Assembly (NCBI GenBank): GCA_021325135.1
Contig: JAJPHT010000032.1
Coordinates: 1-49,301, forward strand
Direction: 5' to 3'
DNA: 49,301 bases
Source: Pseudomonadota bacterium
GTDB taxonomy: Archaea > Thermoplasmatota > SW-10-69-26 > JACQPN01 > JAJPHT01
This document shows, piece by piece, positions 27,015-35,483 of this stretch. The notes beneath the pieces were generated by a model that saw only the letters and a program-made list of their open reading frames with translations, searched no databases and had not been told where the DNA came from. Numbering within the stretch: position 1 is the stretch's first letter; the number at the start of each line of letters is the position of its first letter. The translations under genes were made by a program, and so were the position numbers.

Positions 27015-27632
27015 GTTTGGCCGGTGAGCCAGGCTCCTCGATGCAACCCGAACCAACGAACCACCGGACCAAACGTTGGGTGATTCGGGAGAAGGACGAA
27101 GCCTGCTGCGGCGCTATGGGGCCGGCATGGCGAAAGGGTGGACCGAGGAGGGCTTGCCGGCCTCGGCCAGAGCGACGGCAGAGAGGGTCCGAGACGTGGC
27201 CTTCCGGCTCCATCGGGCCATCGGACCCCGGTACCGCGAGAGCACCTACCATCGCTTTCTTGCCCACGGTCTTCGGAACACAGGGCTTCGCGTCGAGGAG
27301 CGCGTGTCCTTCGACGTCGAGTTCGGGGGCCTCCGGATCGAAAGGGCAAGGGGGGCCGATCTCCTCGTGGAGGGGGAGCTGGTCGTGGAGGTCAAGGCGG
27401 TCGAGCATCTCCTCCCCGTCCACCGGGCGCAGATCATCGGGTACCTGACCATCTCGGGGATGCCTGCGGGCCTGCTGATCAACTTCAACTCCGCGCGCCT
27501 CGTGGAGGGCTGCCACTGGTTCGTCCATCCGCGCTTCCTGCGTCGGATCGCCGATCACGAGGAAAAGTAACTCCGTGGTCCGGTGGTTCGTTGGTTCGGG
27601 TTGCATCGAGGAGCCTGGCTCACCGGCCAAAC
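27015..27632. mobile_element. IR-bounded GxxExxY nuclease cassette (putative mobile or intervening element)
   Basis: Perfect 57-bp inverted repeats 27015-27071 and 27576-27632 enclosing one ORF. Confidence 0.65.
27127..27570 (+). CDS. GxxExxY-family PD-(D/E)XK protein
   Basis: HRAIGPRYRESTY, ADLLVE..LVVEVKAV, H.AQIIGYL, GLLINF. Confidence 0.92.
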   Translation: MAKGWTEEGLPASARATAERVRDVAFRLHRAIGPRYRESTYHRFLAHGLRNTGLRVEERVSFDVEFGGLRIERARGADLLVEGELVVEVKAVEHLLPVHRAQIIGYLTISGMPAGLLINFNSARLVEGCHWFVHPRFLRRIADHEEK

Positions 27633-27642
27633 CCAAGGAACC

Positions 27643-27897
27643 CTAGCGGACCCGCCACACCTCGTCCCGCTCGTGGACGGGCTCCGAGAAGGCGATGGCC
27701 ACCAGCTGCCCCTGGCGCCCTTCTTCGGCCGCCACGTGCTCGACCTCCATGGACTCGACCACCTGCTCGAAGTCGTGGCCGTGCCCGCGGATGCGGATGC
27801 GGTCCCCCACGTGGAGGCTCCCCGCCACGAGGTCGACGGAGGCCGTGCCCGCCCGCTTCCAGACGTGGCCGATGAGGCCGATCTTCTCTTCGCCCAT
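27643..27897 (-). CDS. Small EF-Tu domain II-like beta-barrel protein
   Basis: IG.I.H, L.VGD.I.I.G...DF.Q.V.SMEVEH, V.E.D.V. Confidence 0.8.
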   Translation of the reverse strand: MGEEKIGLIGHVWKRAGTASVDLVAGSLHVGDRIRIRGHGHDFEQVVESMEVEHVAAEEGRQGQLVAIAFSEPVHERDEVWRVR

Positions 27898-27954
27898 GCG
27901 GCTTCCTCGGCGGGCGGGGAATATGGGCGTGTCGGTTGTCCACGCCGGGGAGAA

Positions 27955-28710
27955 TCACGCGTCGCGCAGGAGCAGGAGCGCGACCTCGCAGGCGTTCTGG
28001 AGCGAGAAGAGGGGGAGGTCCACCCGGGCGCGGGCGAACTCGTCGGCCTCCCCCTTGAGGCGGTGAAGCTCGGCCTTCACGCGTTCGGGGGACCACTCGG
28101 CGGAGAGGGCGCGCGCGAGGATGGCCTGGAGGCGCTGGAACTTGACGTCGGCGAAGCCCTCGGGCAGGGGCGCGTCGATGGCGGGCTGCTGCCGGTAGGG
28201 CCCCATGGGGTCGACGCCCTTGCGGCTGAAGCGGATGGCGGCGCGCGCAAGCTTGGAGGGGTCGGGCCGGTCGCTGCCCACGCTGCCCGCGACGTAGAGA
28301 CCGGGGAGCGCGGTGGAGCCGTCGGCCTTGCACGGGACGCCGGCGCGAAGCTCGCGCTTGCCTTCGTGGTCCACGATCAGGGGCGGCGCGAGGGCGAGGC
28401 CCGCGCGGTGCGCGATGGCGAACCCGTCGCCGCTGGCCACCCAGCTTCCGCCCGGGAAGAGGCCGGAGACATTGCCCGTCGCGAGGACGACGCAAGGGGC
28501 CTTCAGCGGCTCGACGACGCCGCCGCGCGCGACCAGCGCGCCCGCGACCTCGCCCTTCTCGCTGAGGATGATATCAAGGAGCATCTCGCCGTGCGCCTTG
28601 TCCAGCAGCACGTATGCGGCGTTGTCGCGCGGGTCGCTGGCGAGCGCGCGGGCGATGGCGCTTCCCGCGTAGCCCGTGCCCGCGACGACGACGCCCGTCT
28701 CAAGGACCAT
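27955..28710 (-). CDS. Minimised NadB/SdhA-like flavoprotein
   Basis: GTGYAG, VVLATG, SGDG..IAHRAG, TALPGLYVAG and a helical C-terminus; only 251 aa. Confidence 0.7.
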   Translation of the reverse strand: MVLETGVVVAGTGYAGSAIARALASDPRDNAAYVLLDKAHGEMLLDIILSEKGEVAGALVARGGVVEPLKAPCVVLATGNVSGLFPGGSWVASGDGFAIAHRAGLALAPPLIVDHEGKRELRAGVPCKADGSTALPGLYVAGSVGSDRPDPSKLARAAIRFSRKGVDPMGPYRQQPAIDAPLPEGFADVKFQRLQAILARALSAEWSPERVKAELHRLKGEADEFARARVDLPLFSLQNACEVALLLLRDA

Positions 28711-28840
28711 GCGGCGCGAAGCTCAAGTCCCCGTGTGAGGGTTTCGGCCTCCGGGGGCCGGGCCGGGGCTTTCCCTGCGCGATGCTGATCCTTTCGTCAC
28801 GTCTTGACGCGACGGGCCCCTCAGCGGAGAGCCCTGACGC

Positions 28841-29332
28841 TCACGGCGTCCCCGAGGGGCTTTGCAGGTGCGACTCCAGGAAGTAGAGCGCCTGGTCGAG
28901 GTCGCGGGCGATCTGCGTGAGGAGGTCCGCCGTCGCGCGGTCCCCCGCCTGCTCGGCGCGGTCGATGGCCTCGCCCACGCCGCGGGCGTGCCGCGCGTAG
29001 CGGTCGGCGAGGGCCTCGACGAAGGCGGCGTCCGTCGTGGGGTTCTCGGGGAACTCGGGGAGGCTCGTGCCCGCGGCCGCCATGCGGACGGTGCCGAGGG
29101 CGGTGCCGCCCAGCGCGGTCGCGCGCTCCGCGATGAGGTCGACGTGCCCCTCGACGATCTCGGCGAGCTTGTCGAAGAGCTCGTGGAGCTGGAAGAAGTT
29201 CATCCCCTTGACGTTCCAGTGCGCGTGCTTCGTCTGCCCGTAGAGGTCCATCGCGTCGGCGAGCCGCTGGTTGAGAACGATGACGATGCTGCGGCGCGTG
29301 TCCTCGTCCAGGCCGTGGCGCGTGGGGTGCAT
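28841..29332 (-). CDS. dps: Dps DNA protection protein
   Basis: KHAHWNVKGMNFFQLHELFD, DLIAER, LYFLESH. Confidence 0.96.
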   Translation of the reverse strand: MHPTRHGLDEDTRRSIVIVLNQRLADAMDLYGQTKHAHWNVKGMNFFQLHELFDKLAEIVEGHVDLIAERATALGGTALGTVRMAAAGTSLPEFPENPTTDAAFVEALADRYARHARGVGEAIDRAEQAGDRATADLLTQIARDLDQALYFLESHLQSPSGTP

Positions 29333-29440
29333 TCGCGGGCTGGCGGCGGTGGCTCGCGCGGCGGCGGTCATGCGCGGATGCAGGAGCGCGGGATGCAAAG
29401 CTCCGTCGGCTACCGGGCTCGGCGCTCGCCGCGCGCGGGC

Positions 29441-30364
29441 CTACGGGTACGAGACGGCGCAGGCGCTGGCCGCGTTGCTCCAGAGGCTCTGGACCGCGAA
29501 GGTGCCCGTGCTCAGGACGACGTTCTGCGCGTGCGCGCCGGGGCCCGAGTTCCACGCGCACTTGTCGCCGTTCTCCTGGCCCGCGCTGTCGTACCACGCG
29601 TTGAGCTGCGGGTCGGTGACGGCCTCGGCGTACTCGTGGCCCGCGACGATGCTCACGCCGTCGAGGAGACCGGGCTTGTTGACGTAGCCCAGCCCGCACG
29701 AGAGGCCCATGTCGGGGACGTAGGGGAGGTTCGTGTACGCGATGGGGTGGCCCGCGGGGTCGTTCACGTTGTCCCAGTGCCACGCGCAGTAGCCGTCCGC
29801 CTGGCGCCCGTGGAGGTTGGCGCCGGGCGGGAGGGCGATGACGTAGTCCGCGTTCGCGGAGTAGCCGAAGTGCGCGACGGCCCGCTGCGCTTCGGCCTCG
29901 ATGTTCTGCGGGTAGAAGCTGGCGTCCTCCACCGTGGGGTCGTAGGGGCTGGGGTCGTCCATCCACCACCCCTTGAGCTGGCCCGCGGGGTTCGTGATGC
30001 CGGAGTACTGCGTGTCGACGCCGGCCCACGACGAGCCGCCGACTCCCTGGAGGAAGCTGATGAGGTAGGGCGCCTCGCAGTAGGTGTCGACGTTCACGAG
30101 GCACACGAGCCCGCCCGTGGGCGCGGTCGTGACCGGCGTCCAGCCCCAGAAGACGAGATAGACCTGGGGCGTCGTCTGCACGGGCCCGCCGTGGTTGACC
30201 AGGTTGCCGCCGGTCCTGGGCGCTGCATGGGGCAGGATCGCGTCGCGCGTCGGCATGAGGTGGACGGGGCCTCCCGCGCTGGAGCCCGCCGCGACGTGGG
30301 CGCCTGCCGCGAGCGAGGGAAGGGCGAGAAGGAGGACGAGAAGGGCGTGGACCGCGCGAGCCAT
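29441..30364 (-). CDS. Secreted PHI-1/EXORDIUM-like protein
   Basis: NLVNHGGPV, VYLVFWG, YCAWH, GHEYAEAVTDP, ENGDKCAW, VQSLWSN. Confidence 0.7.
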   Translation of the reverse strand: MARAVHALLVLLLALPSLAAGAHVAAGSSAGGPVHLMPTRDAILPHAAPRTGGNLVNHGGPVQTTPQVYLVFWGWTPVTTAPTGGLVCLVNVDTYCEAPYLISFLQGVGGSSWAGVDTQYSGITNPAGQLKGWWMDDPSPYDPTVEDASFYPQNIEAEAQRAVAHFGYSANADYVIALPPGANLHGRQADGYCAWHWDNVNDPAGHPIAYTNLPYVPDMGLSCGLGYVNKPGLLDGVSIVAGHEYAEAVTDPQLNAWYDSAGQENGDKCAWNSGPGAHAQNVVLSTGTFAVQSLWSNAASACAVSYP

Positions 30365-30438
30365 TCGGATCGCGGCGGGCACGCCGTGTTAGCCCATAAG
30401 GGCTCAGTTCCCGGGTTTCTGGAGGATTCCTGTGAACG

Positions 30439-31605
30439 TCACAGCGCCAGCATGCGCTCGATGGCGACCTTGCCCCACGCGCGGTCCGCGTCGTCGATCT
30501 GGATGCGGTTGACGACGTTGCCGGCCTGGAGCTCCTCCAGCGTCCAGAGGAGATAGCGCGGGTCGATCTGGCGCATGGCGTTGCAGTCGAGGCAAAGCTC
30601 GCCGCAGAGCTGCATGATGGTCTTGTCGGGGTGCTGCGCGGCGAGGCGCTTCACCATGTGGATCTCGGTGCCGATGGCCAGCGTGCTGCCCGCGGGCTGC
30701 TCGGCGACCCACTTCTCGATGACGGCCGTGGAGCCCCATGCGTCGGCGGCCTGCACGACCTCGCGGCGGCACTCGGGGTGGACGATGATCTTGACGCCGG
30801 GATATTGCTCGCGCATCTCGCGGACGTGGTCGAGCTTGAAGCGCTCGTGGACCTGGCAGAAGCCCTGCCAGAGGATGACCTTGGCGCGCTTGATGTCCGC
30901 CTGCGTGAGACCGCCGCCGTTGCCCTTGGGGTCCCACGGGTTCCACTTGACGATCTCCTCGTCGGGGACGCCCAGCCACGTCGCGGTGTTGAGGCCGAGG
31001 TACTGGTCGGGCGTGAAGAGGACCTTGTCGCCCCGCTCGAAGGCCCACTGCATCGCCTTGATGGAGTTGGCGCTCGTGCACACGATGCCGCCGTTCTCGC
31101 CGGTGAAGGCCTTGAGGTCGGCGTAGCTGTTCATGTACGTGACCGGGATCACGCGCTTGACGTCGGTCCACTCCGCGAGGCGCTCCCACGCGCGCGCGAC
31201 CTGCACCATCTCGCTCATGCCGGCCATGGGGCACGAGGCCTCCATGCTGGGCATGACGACGTTGCGCTGGCCGTCGGTCACGAGGTCGGCCGTCTCGGCC
31301 ATGAAGGTGACGCCCGCGAAGACGATGTGCCTGGCCTTGCTCCTCTTCGCGAAGACGGAGAGCTGGAAGGAGTCGCCCATGGCGTCCGCGAAGCGCGCGA
31401 TCTCGTCGCGCTGGTAGTTGTGGACGAGGAGGCAGAGGTCGTCGCCCAGCGCGCGCTTGGCGGCCAGCGTGCGGCGCGCCACGTCGGCCTCGGAGAGGGT
31501 CTGGTACGCCTCGGGAAGCTCGGCAAGGGCGCTCATGTGGCGCCACAGCGCGGCCTCGTGGCGCGACTGCCGGGCGGCCTGGGTCTCCACGATGGGCAGG
31601 GCCAT
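30439..31605 (-). CDS. nadA: Quinolinate synthase
   Basis: HNYQRDE, GDSFQLS, FMAETA, SCPMA, YMNS, VCTSAN, FCQVH, HPEC, GTE, CNAM. Confidence 0.96.
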   Translation of the reverse strand: MALPIVETQAARQSRHEAALWRHMSALAELPEAYQTLSEADVARRTLAAKRALGDDLCLLVHNYQRDEIARFADAMGDSFQLSVFAKRSKARHIVFAGVTFMAETADLVTDGQRNVVMPSMEASCPMAGMSEMVQVARAWERLAEWTDVKRVIPVTYMNSYADLKAFTGENGGIVCTSANSIKAMQWAFERGDKVLFTPDQYLGLNTATWLGVPDEEIVKWNPWDPKGNGGGLTQADIKRAKVILWQGFCQVHERFKLDHVREMREQYPGVKIIVHPECRREVVQAADAWGSTAVIEKWVAEQPAGSTLAIGTEIHMVKRLAAQHPDKTIMQLCGELCLDCNAMRQIDPRYLLWTLEELQAGNVVNRIQIDDADRAWGKVAIERMLAL

Positions 31606-31706
31606 GCGGGTCAGGTTTGGGGTAGATTTGGCTTGGATATAAGGCGGCCGTTCCCGGCAGGGGTCGCCTGCTTCGCCCAAAGAAGCGGCAAGATTTGCCG
31701 CTACCT

Positions 31707-31823
31707 AGCGGGGGGTTCGGGGGGCGCGGACCCCTGACGTTTTGGTTCTCTGATCCGAGCGCCGAAACGTCAGGGGGCTGCGCCCCCCGAACCCCCCGCT
31801 TTTGGCCGCGCTGCGGCGCGGCC
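31707..31823. repeat. REPIN/MITE-like palindromic doublet, copy C
   Basis: Arms 31707-31740 and 31767-31800; 26-nt spacer; accessory hairpin 31804-31823. Confidence 0.88.
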
Positions 31824-31942
31824 GGACGGCGCGCCCCTAGAACGCCCGCTCTCCAACTTGAGAAGGCGCGTACCCCAACGAGGTTCGTGGGAAGCCGGGA
31901 GGCAGGCGCATGCGCTTCGCCGCGAACCCCACGAGCCTCCCC

Positions 31943-32059
31943 ATGAACGTCCTTTTCCCCGAGGCCTACAAGGCCAGCGCGCGCCGCGCGGCCGTCGAGC
32001 TTGCGGCCTTCGCGGCCGCGATCACGCTCTCGCTGGTCGTCCTCGCCGCCTTCTTCTGA
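31943..32059 (+). CDS. 38-aa single-TM small protein (not in ORF track)
   Basis: MNVLFPEAYKASARRAAVELAAFAAAITLSLVVLAAFF*; GC3-biased codons. Confidence 0.55.
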   Translation: MNVLFPEAYKASARRAAVELAAFAAAITLSLVVLAAFF

Positions 32060-32061
32060 GA

Positions 32062-32211
32062 TCAGGGTCCGACCGCGTCGCGCACGAAGCGGCGCGGCAC
32101 CGCCTTCCCGCAGCGCGGGCAGGGCACGTCGTCCAGGAGCGTCTTGTACTGCTCCAGCATCATGCGCGGCAGCGGCTCGCCGCACCACGGGCACGGGGGC
32201 GCGTCGGCCAT
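32062..32211 (-). CDS. CPxCG zinc-finger micro-protein (49 aa)
   Basis: CPWCG ... CPRCG. Confidence 0.8.
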   Translation of the reverse strand: MADAPPCPWCGEPLPRMMLEQYKTLLDDVPCPRCGKAVPRRFVRDAVGP

Positions 32212-32212
32212 G

Positions 32213-32629
32213 CTAGGCCTCCGCGGCCTGCGCGCCGCCGCGCAGCGTGGCCAGCGGCACGTCCGCCGGCTCCAGGAGGCGCACGAAGTCGTGCCGCGTC
32301 GTCTTGGGCGGGTAGAGCTTCCCCGCGAGCGCGTGCGCGAGGACCTCGTCCTTGGTGGGCGCGCGCTCGTCCTCGCGCCAGGAGCGCACGGTGATGGACG
32401 CGTCGCGGTAGTCCACGAGCACCGCGGGCACGAGCCTGGCGCCCAGGCGCCGCAGCGCCTCCAGGCGGTGGTGCCCGTCGATGACGGTGCCGGTCTGCGC
32501 GTCCGCGACGACGGCGTAGTCGACACACCCGGTCCGGCGGAAGCGCTCCACCAACTCGGCGACGCGCGACTCGACGTGCTCCTCGTGCGCCTTCAGCCAC
32601 GAGAGGGCGACCAGCGTCGGGCGCGTCAA
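32213..32629 (-). CDS. Stand-alone ParB/Srx-domain protein (SerK/SbnI-like)
   Basis: LKAHEE, VIDGHHR, VDY, TKDEV, PPKTTRH; TTGA overlap with the upstream stop. Confidence 0.8.
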   Translation of the reverse strand: MTRPTLVALSWLKAHEEHVESRVAELVERFRRTGCVDYAVVADAQTGTVIDGHHRLEALRRLGARLVPAVLVDYRDASITVRSWREDERAPTKDEVLAHALAGKLYPPKTTRHDFVRLLEPADVPLATLRGGAQAAEA

Positions 32630-33225
32630 GGCGCGATCCTCCGCGTCTCGTGGAGGCGCTTGAGGATCGGCGCGGCGCGGTGGGCCTGCGCGAGGCAGAG
32701 GAGGGGCGCGCGGCCGTCGGTGAGGGCGCGGGTGAGCCGCGGCCAGGCGGCCTCGGCGTCCGCCTCCGCGCTCCAGACGTCCTCCTTGGCCAGCGCCGCG
32801 GCGAACGCGGGGCCGAAGGATTTGATATCGACCGCCGGCACGGCCGCGGCGGCCTTGCGCGCGCGGCGGCGGTCGAAGAGGCCCGGCATGTGCGCGGTGG
32901 GCCGCAGGGGGAGGATGGAGGCGCCGCGGTTGCGCGCGACGCGGGCCGCCGCGAGGACGGGGTGCTCGCCGGGGAGCGCGTCCTTGGCGTAGCGCGCGAC
33001 GATCTCGTCGCGGAGCAGCGCGTCGACGAACGAGGGCTCGAAGGCGCCCTTGGGTTTCTCGACGCCTTCGCGGAGGCGCAGCGCGTCGTCGGTGTCGAGG
33101 TCGGCGAGGACGACGGCGGGGTCCAGCGCGGCCATCTCGCGCGCGACGCGGTCCGCCTCGCCGGGGAGGCCGGGCCAGACCGCCAGCACGTGGAGGCGAA
33201 CGCCGCCCAGGTCCACCGTGTCCAT
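32626..33225 (-). CDS. Hypothetical protein
   Basis: ATG about 25 nt downstream of CTTAAG; translationally coupled to the downstream gene. Confidence 0.7.
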   Translation of the reverse strand: MDTVDLGGVRLHVLAVWPGLPGEADRVAREMAALDPAVVLADLDTDDALRLREGVEKPKGAFEPSFVDALLRDEIVARYAKDALPGEHPVLAAARVARNRGASILPLRPTAHMPGLFDRRRARKAAAAVPAVDIKSFGPAFAAALAKEDVWSAEADAEAAWPRLTRALTDGRAPLLCLAQAHRAAPILKRLHETRRIAP

Positions 33226-33292
33226 GCGCGGCCATCCCGCCAGGCCGTTCTTAAGGATTCCTTGTAGCGCCGCGCTGCTGCGCCGGCCGCGC

Positions 33293-34405
33293 CTAGCAGA
33301 GGTAGACGGTGATGGTGTCGGTCGCCGTGAGGTTCGTGGAGACGAGCCCGGCGGGGACGGCGACGCCCGGGTAGTGCGCGCCGACGGTGAGCGCCTCCTC
33401 CAGGCACGTCTCGGAGGGGAGCACGTTGGGGACGCGCATCACGGGCGCGACGAGGGCAAAGCCGCCCTCCGCGGCCGTCTTGCCCGCGAAGGCGAGGGGC
33501 GTCGCGTTGTGCCAGGCCAGCTGGTCGTTCCACAGGTCGGAGATCGTGCCGTTCAACGGCTCCAGGTCCACGGGCGCGCCGAGGTCCGTGAGGCGGCCCG
33601 AGGCGTGGACGCGCAGGTCCACGGGTTGCTGGTCGCTGCCCACCAGCGCGTAGTCCCACGGGCCGAGGCTGGAGCAGGTGCCGGCGTGGCACACGTCGAC
33701 GCTGGTGGCGTGGACCTCCAGGTGGTCGGCCGGGGGCGGGAGGGCGGGCGTGACGGTGATCCAGGGCGTGGGGTCGCTGGAGCCCGCGAGGTTCAGCGCG
33801 GTGACGCGGTAGTCCACGGGCACGCCGGGGGGCTGCGTGTCGCCCGCCGAGGTGGTGCCCGCCGTCTCGGCGGCCGCCAGCGACAGGCGCGCGCCGGCGC
33901 GGCGCCACACGAGGTACGAGTCCACGGGGCGAAGCTCGTCGGCGGGGGGCGCGGACCACGAGAGCGCGACCTGGCCCGTGTGGGCGCCGGGGCCTCCGGC
34001 GAGGCCCGAAGGCGCGGCGGGGGGGAGGACGGCGAGCACGGCGCGGGGCTCGCTCTGGGCGAGGACGACGCCCTGCGCCTCGGCGCGGGCGATGACCTGG
34101 TGGTGGCCCGCCGCGATGCCGGGGAGGGTCGCCGAGTACGCGCCGTCGCTGTCCGTGGTGGCCTGGCCCGCGTCCGCGCCGTCGACGACGAGCACGACCG
34201 TCTGCGCGGGCAGCGGCGCGCTGGCGTCGCCGCCGGGGTGAAGCTCGAAGGCGCCGCTCACCATGAACGAGGCGTTGGCCGCGACGCGCGGGGGCGCCCA
34301 CAGCGTCAGCGCGAGGGCGCCCGACGGGGGCAGCGCGGGGAGCGCGGCGGCGCCCAGGGGCGCGAGGAGGAGCGCGGCGAGGACGATCGCGCGGCGGGCG
34401 GCCAT
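33293..34405 (-). CDS. Secreted Ig-like + fibronectin type III protein
   Basis: Signal peptide; ATTDSDGAYS; PAAPSGL..VALSWSAP..SYLVWR..YRVTALN.AG. Confidence 0.82.
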   Translation of the reverse strand: MAARRAIVLAALLLAPLGAAALPALPPSGALALTLWAPPRVAANASFMVSGAFELHPGGDASAPLPAQTVVLVVDGADAGQATTDSDGAYSATLPGIAAGHHQVIARAEAQGVVLAQSEPRAVLAVLPPAAPSGLAGGPGAHTGQVALSWSAPPADELRPVDSYLVWRRAGARLSLAAAETAGTTSAGDTQPPGVPVDYRVTALNLAGSSDPTPWITVTPALPPPADHLEVHATSVDVCHAGTCSSLGPWDYALVGSDQQPVDLRVHASGRLTDLGAPVDLEPLNGTISDLWNDQLAWHNATPLAFAGKTAAEGGFALVAPVMRVPNVLPSETCLEEALTVGAHYPGVAVPAGLVSTNLTATDTITVYLC

Positions 34406-34484
34406 GGCAACGTGCCCGTCTCGCGATATCTCGCAGCATAAGCGAGAGCTTGACGCCTCGGGGGGTGACGCGGTGCCCCTCGCT

Positions 34485-34649
34485 TCACGTCCACGCGGAG
34501 AGGGGCACCTCGCGGCGGGGGGCGGGGGCGAGGTCGGGGTCCTCGTCGATCCAGGCGTAGGTCTGGCGGCGGGAGGGGACCCCGACGACGCGGGTGGGGA
34601 CGATGCCGAGGTGCAGGTCGCGGAGGGTGGGGGCCGTCTGGGCTTCCAT
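34485..34649 (-). CDS. Small hypothetical protein divergent from DUF6293 gene
   Basis: ATG start about 30 nt from the AT-rich divergent promoter. Confidence 0.4.
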   Translation of the reverse strand: MEAQTAPTLRDLHLGIVPTRVVGVPSRRQTYAWIDEDPDLAPAPRREVPLSAWT

Positions 34650-34680
34650 GGACAGAACGACGCGCGGGGAGGCAATCATT

Positions 34681-34723
34681 CTGTTCACGTGCAAAATGTG
34701 AAAACTATTTGTCCGCTGAACAG
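34681..34723. promoter_or_regulatory. AT-rich divergent promoter with nested palindromes
   Basis: TTCACGT-GCAAA-ATGTGAA (34684-34702); CTGTTCA...TGAACAG (34681-34723). Confidence 0.5.
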
Positions 34724-34735
34724 CGTTGATGGAGT

Positions 34736-35476
34736 GTGATCCGTGACCTGCGCATCCACGTCGCCGGCCAGGGCTACGAGGCGAGGCGCATCGTGGACCC
34801 GGCCCTCCAGATGAAGGCCGACCGCGTCCACCTCCTGACGGACCCGCCCAACAAGCGCCTGCGGCAGTACCACGACCGCGTCGTGCAGCGGCTCCGCGAA
34901 GGGGGCGTCGAGGTGGAGGTGCGCCACTGCGAGGTGTGGGACCCCAACGCTGTCGTGGGCGAGATGGGCCGCATCGCCGAGGCCGAGCGGGGCAACCACC
35001 TCTACGTGAACCTCGGCACGGGCCCCAAGACGTGCGCCATCGCCGGCACGCTGGGCGCCATGCTCTGGGGGTTCGAGGCCTACTATCCCAAGGTGGACTA
35101 CAACGTGGAGGAGGCGACGCTGGAGCTTCCTGGCGACTACCCCGTCTCGGGCGTGACGTCCATCCCGACGTTCCACCTGGACCCGCCGGGGGGCGACGTG
35201 CTGGCGCTCCTGGAGATGCTTGGCGAGAAGCGGGGCCGCCCCGCGCGCAAGAAGGAGCTGGTGGAGCGCCTGCGCGAGCGCCGCTTCCTGGGCGAAGGCT
35301 CCCGCAGCGCGCAGGCCGAGCAGAACGTCGCGGACCGCGTGCTGAAGCGCGCCCAGGAGTGGGGCTTCGTGGACAGCGAAGGAGAAGGGAGGAAGCGCCG
35401 CCTGAGGCTCAACCCGCGCGGCGAGGCGGGGCGGAAGATGTTCGCGCACCTTCCGACGCAGAAGGTTGACGAATAA
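34736..35476 (+). CDS. DUF6293/HFX_2341-like CARF + wHTH regulator
   Basis: RIHVAGQGYEARRIV, ADRVHLL, YVNLGTGPK; C-terminal wHTH ending RLNPRGE. Confidence 0.8.
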   Translation: MIRDLRIHVAGQGYEARRIVDPALQMKADRVHLLTDPPNKRLRQYHDRVVQRLREGGVEVEVRHCEVWDPNAVVGEMGRIAEAERGNHLYVNLGTGPKTCAIAGTLGAMLWGFEAYYPKVDYNVEEATLELPGDYPVSGVTSIPTFHLDPPGGDVLALLEMLGEKRGRPARKKELVERLRERRFLGEGSRSAQAEQNVADRVLKRAQEWGFVDSEGEGRKRRLRLNPRGEAGRKMFAHLPTQKVDE

Positions 35477-35483
35477 GAGAAAC

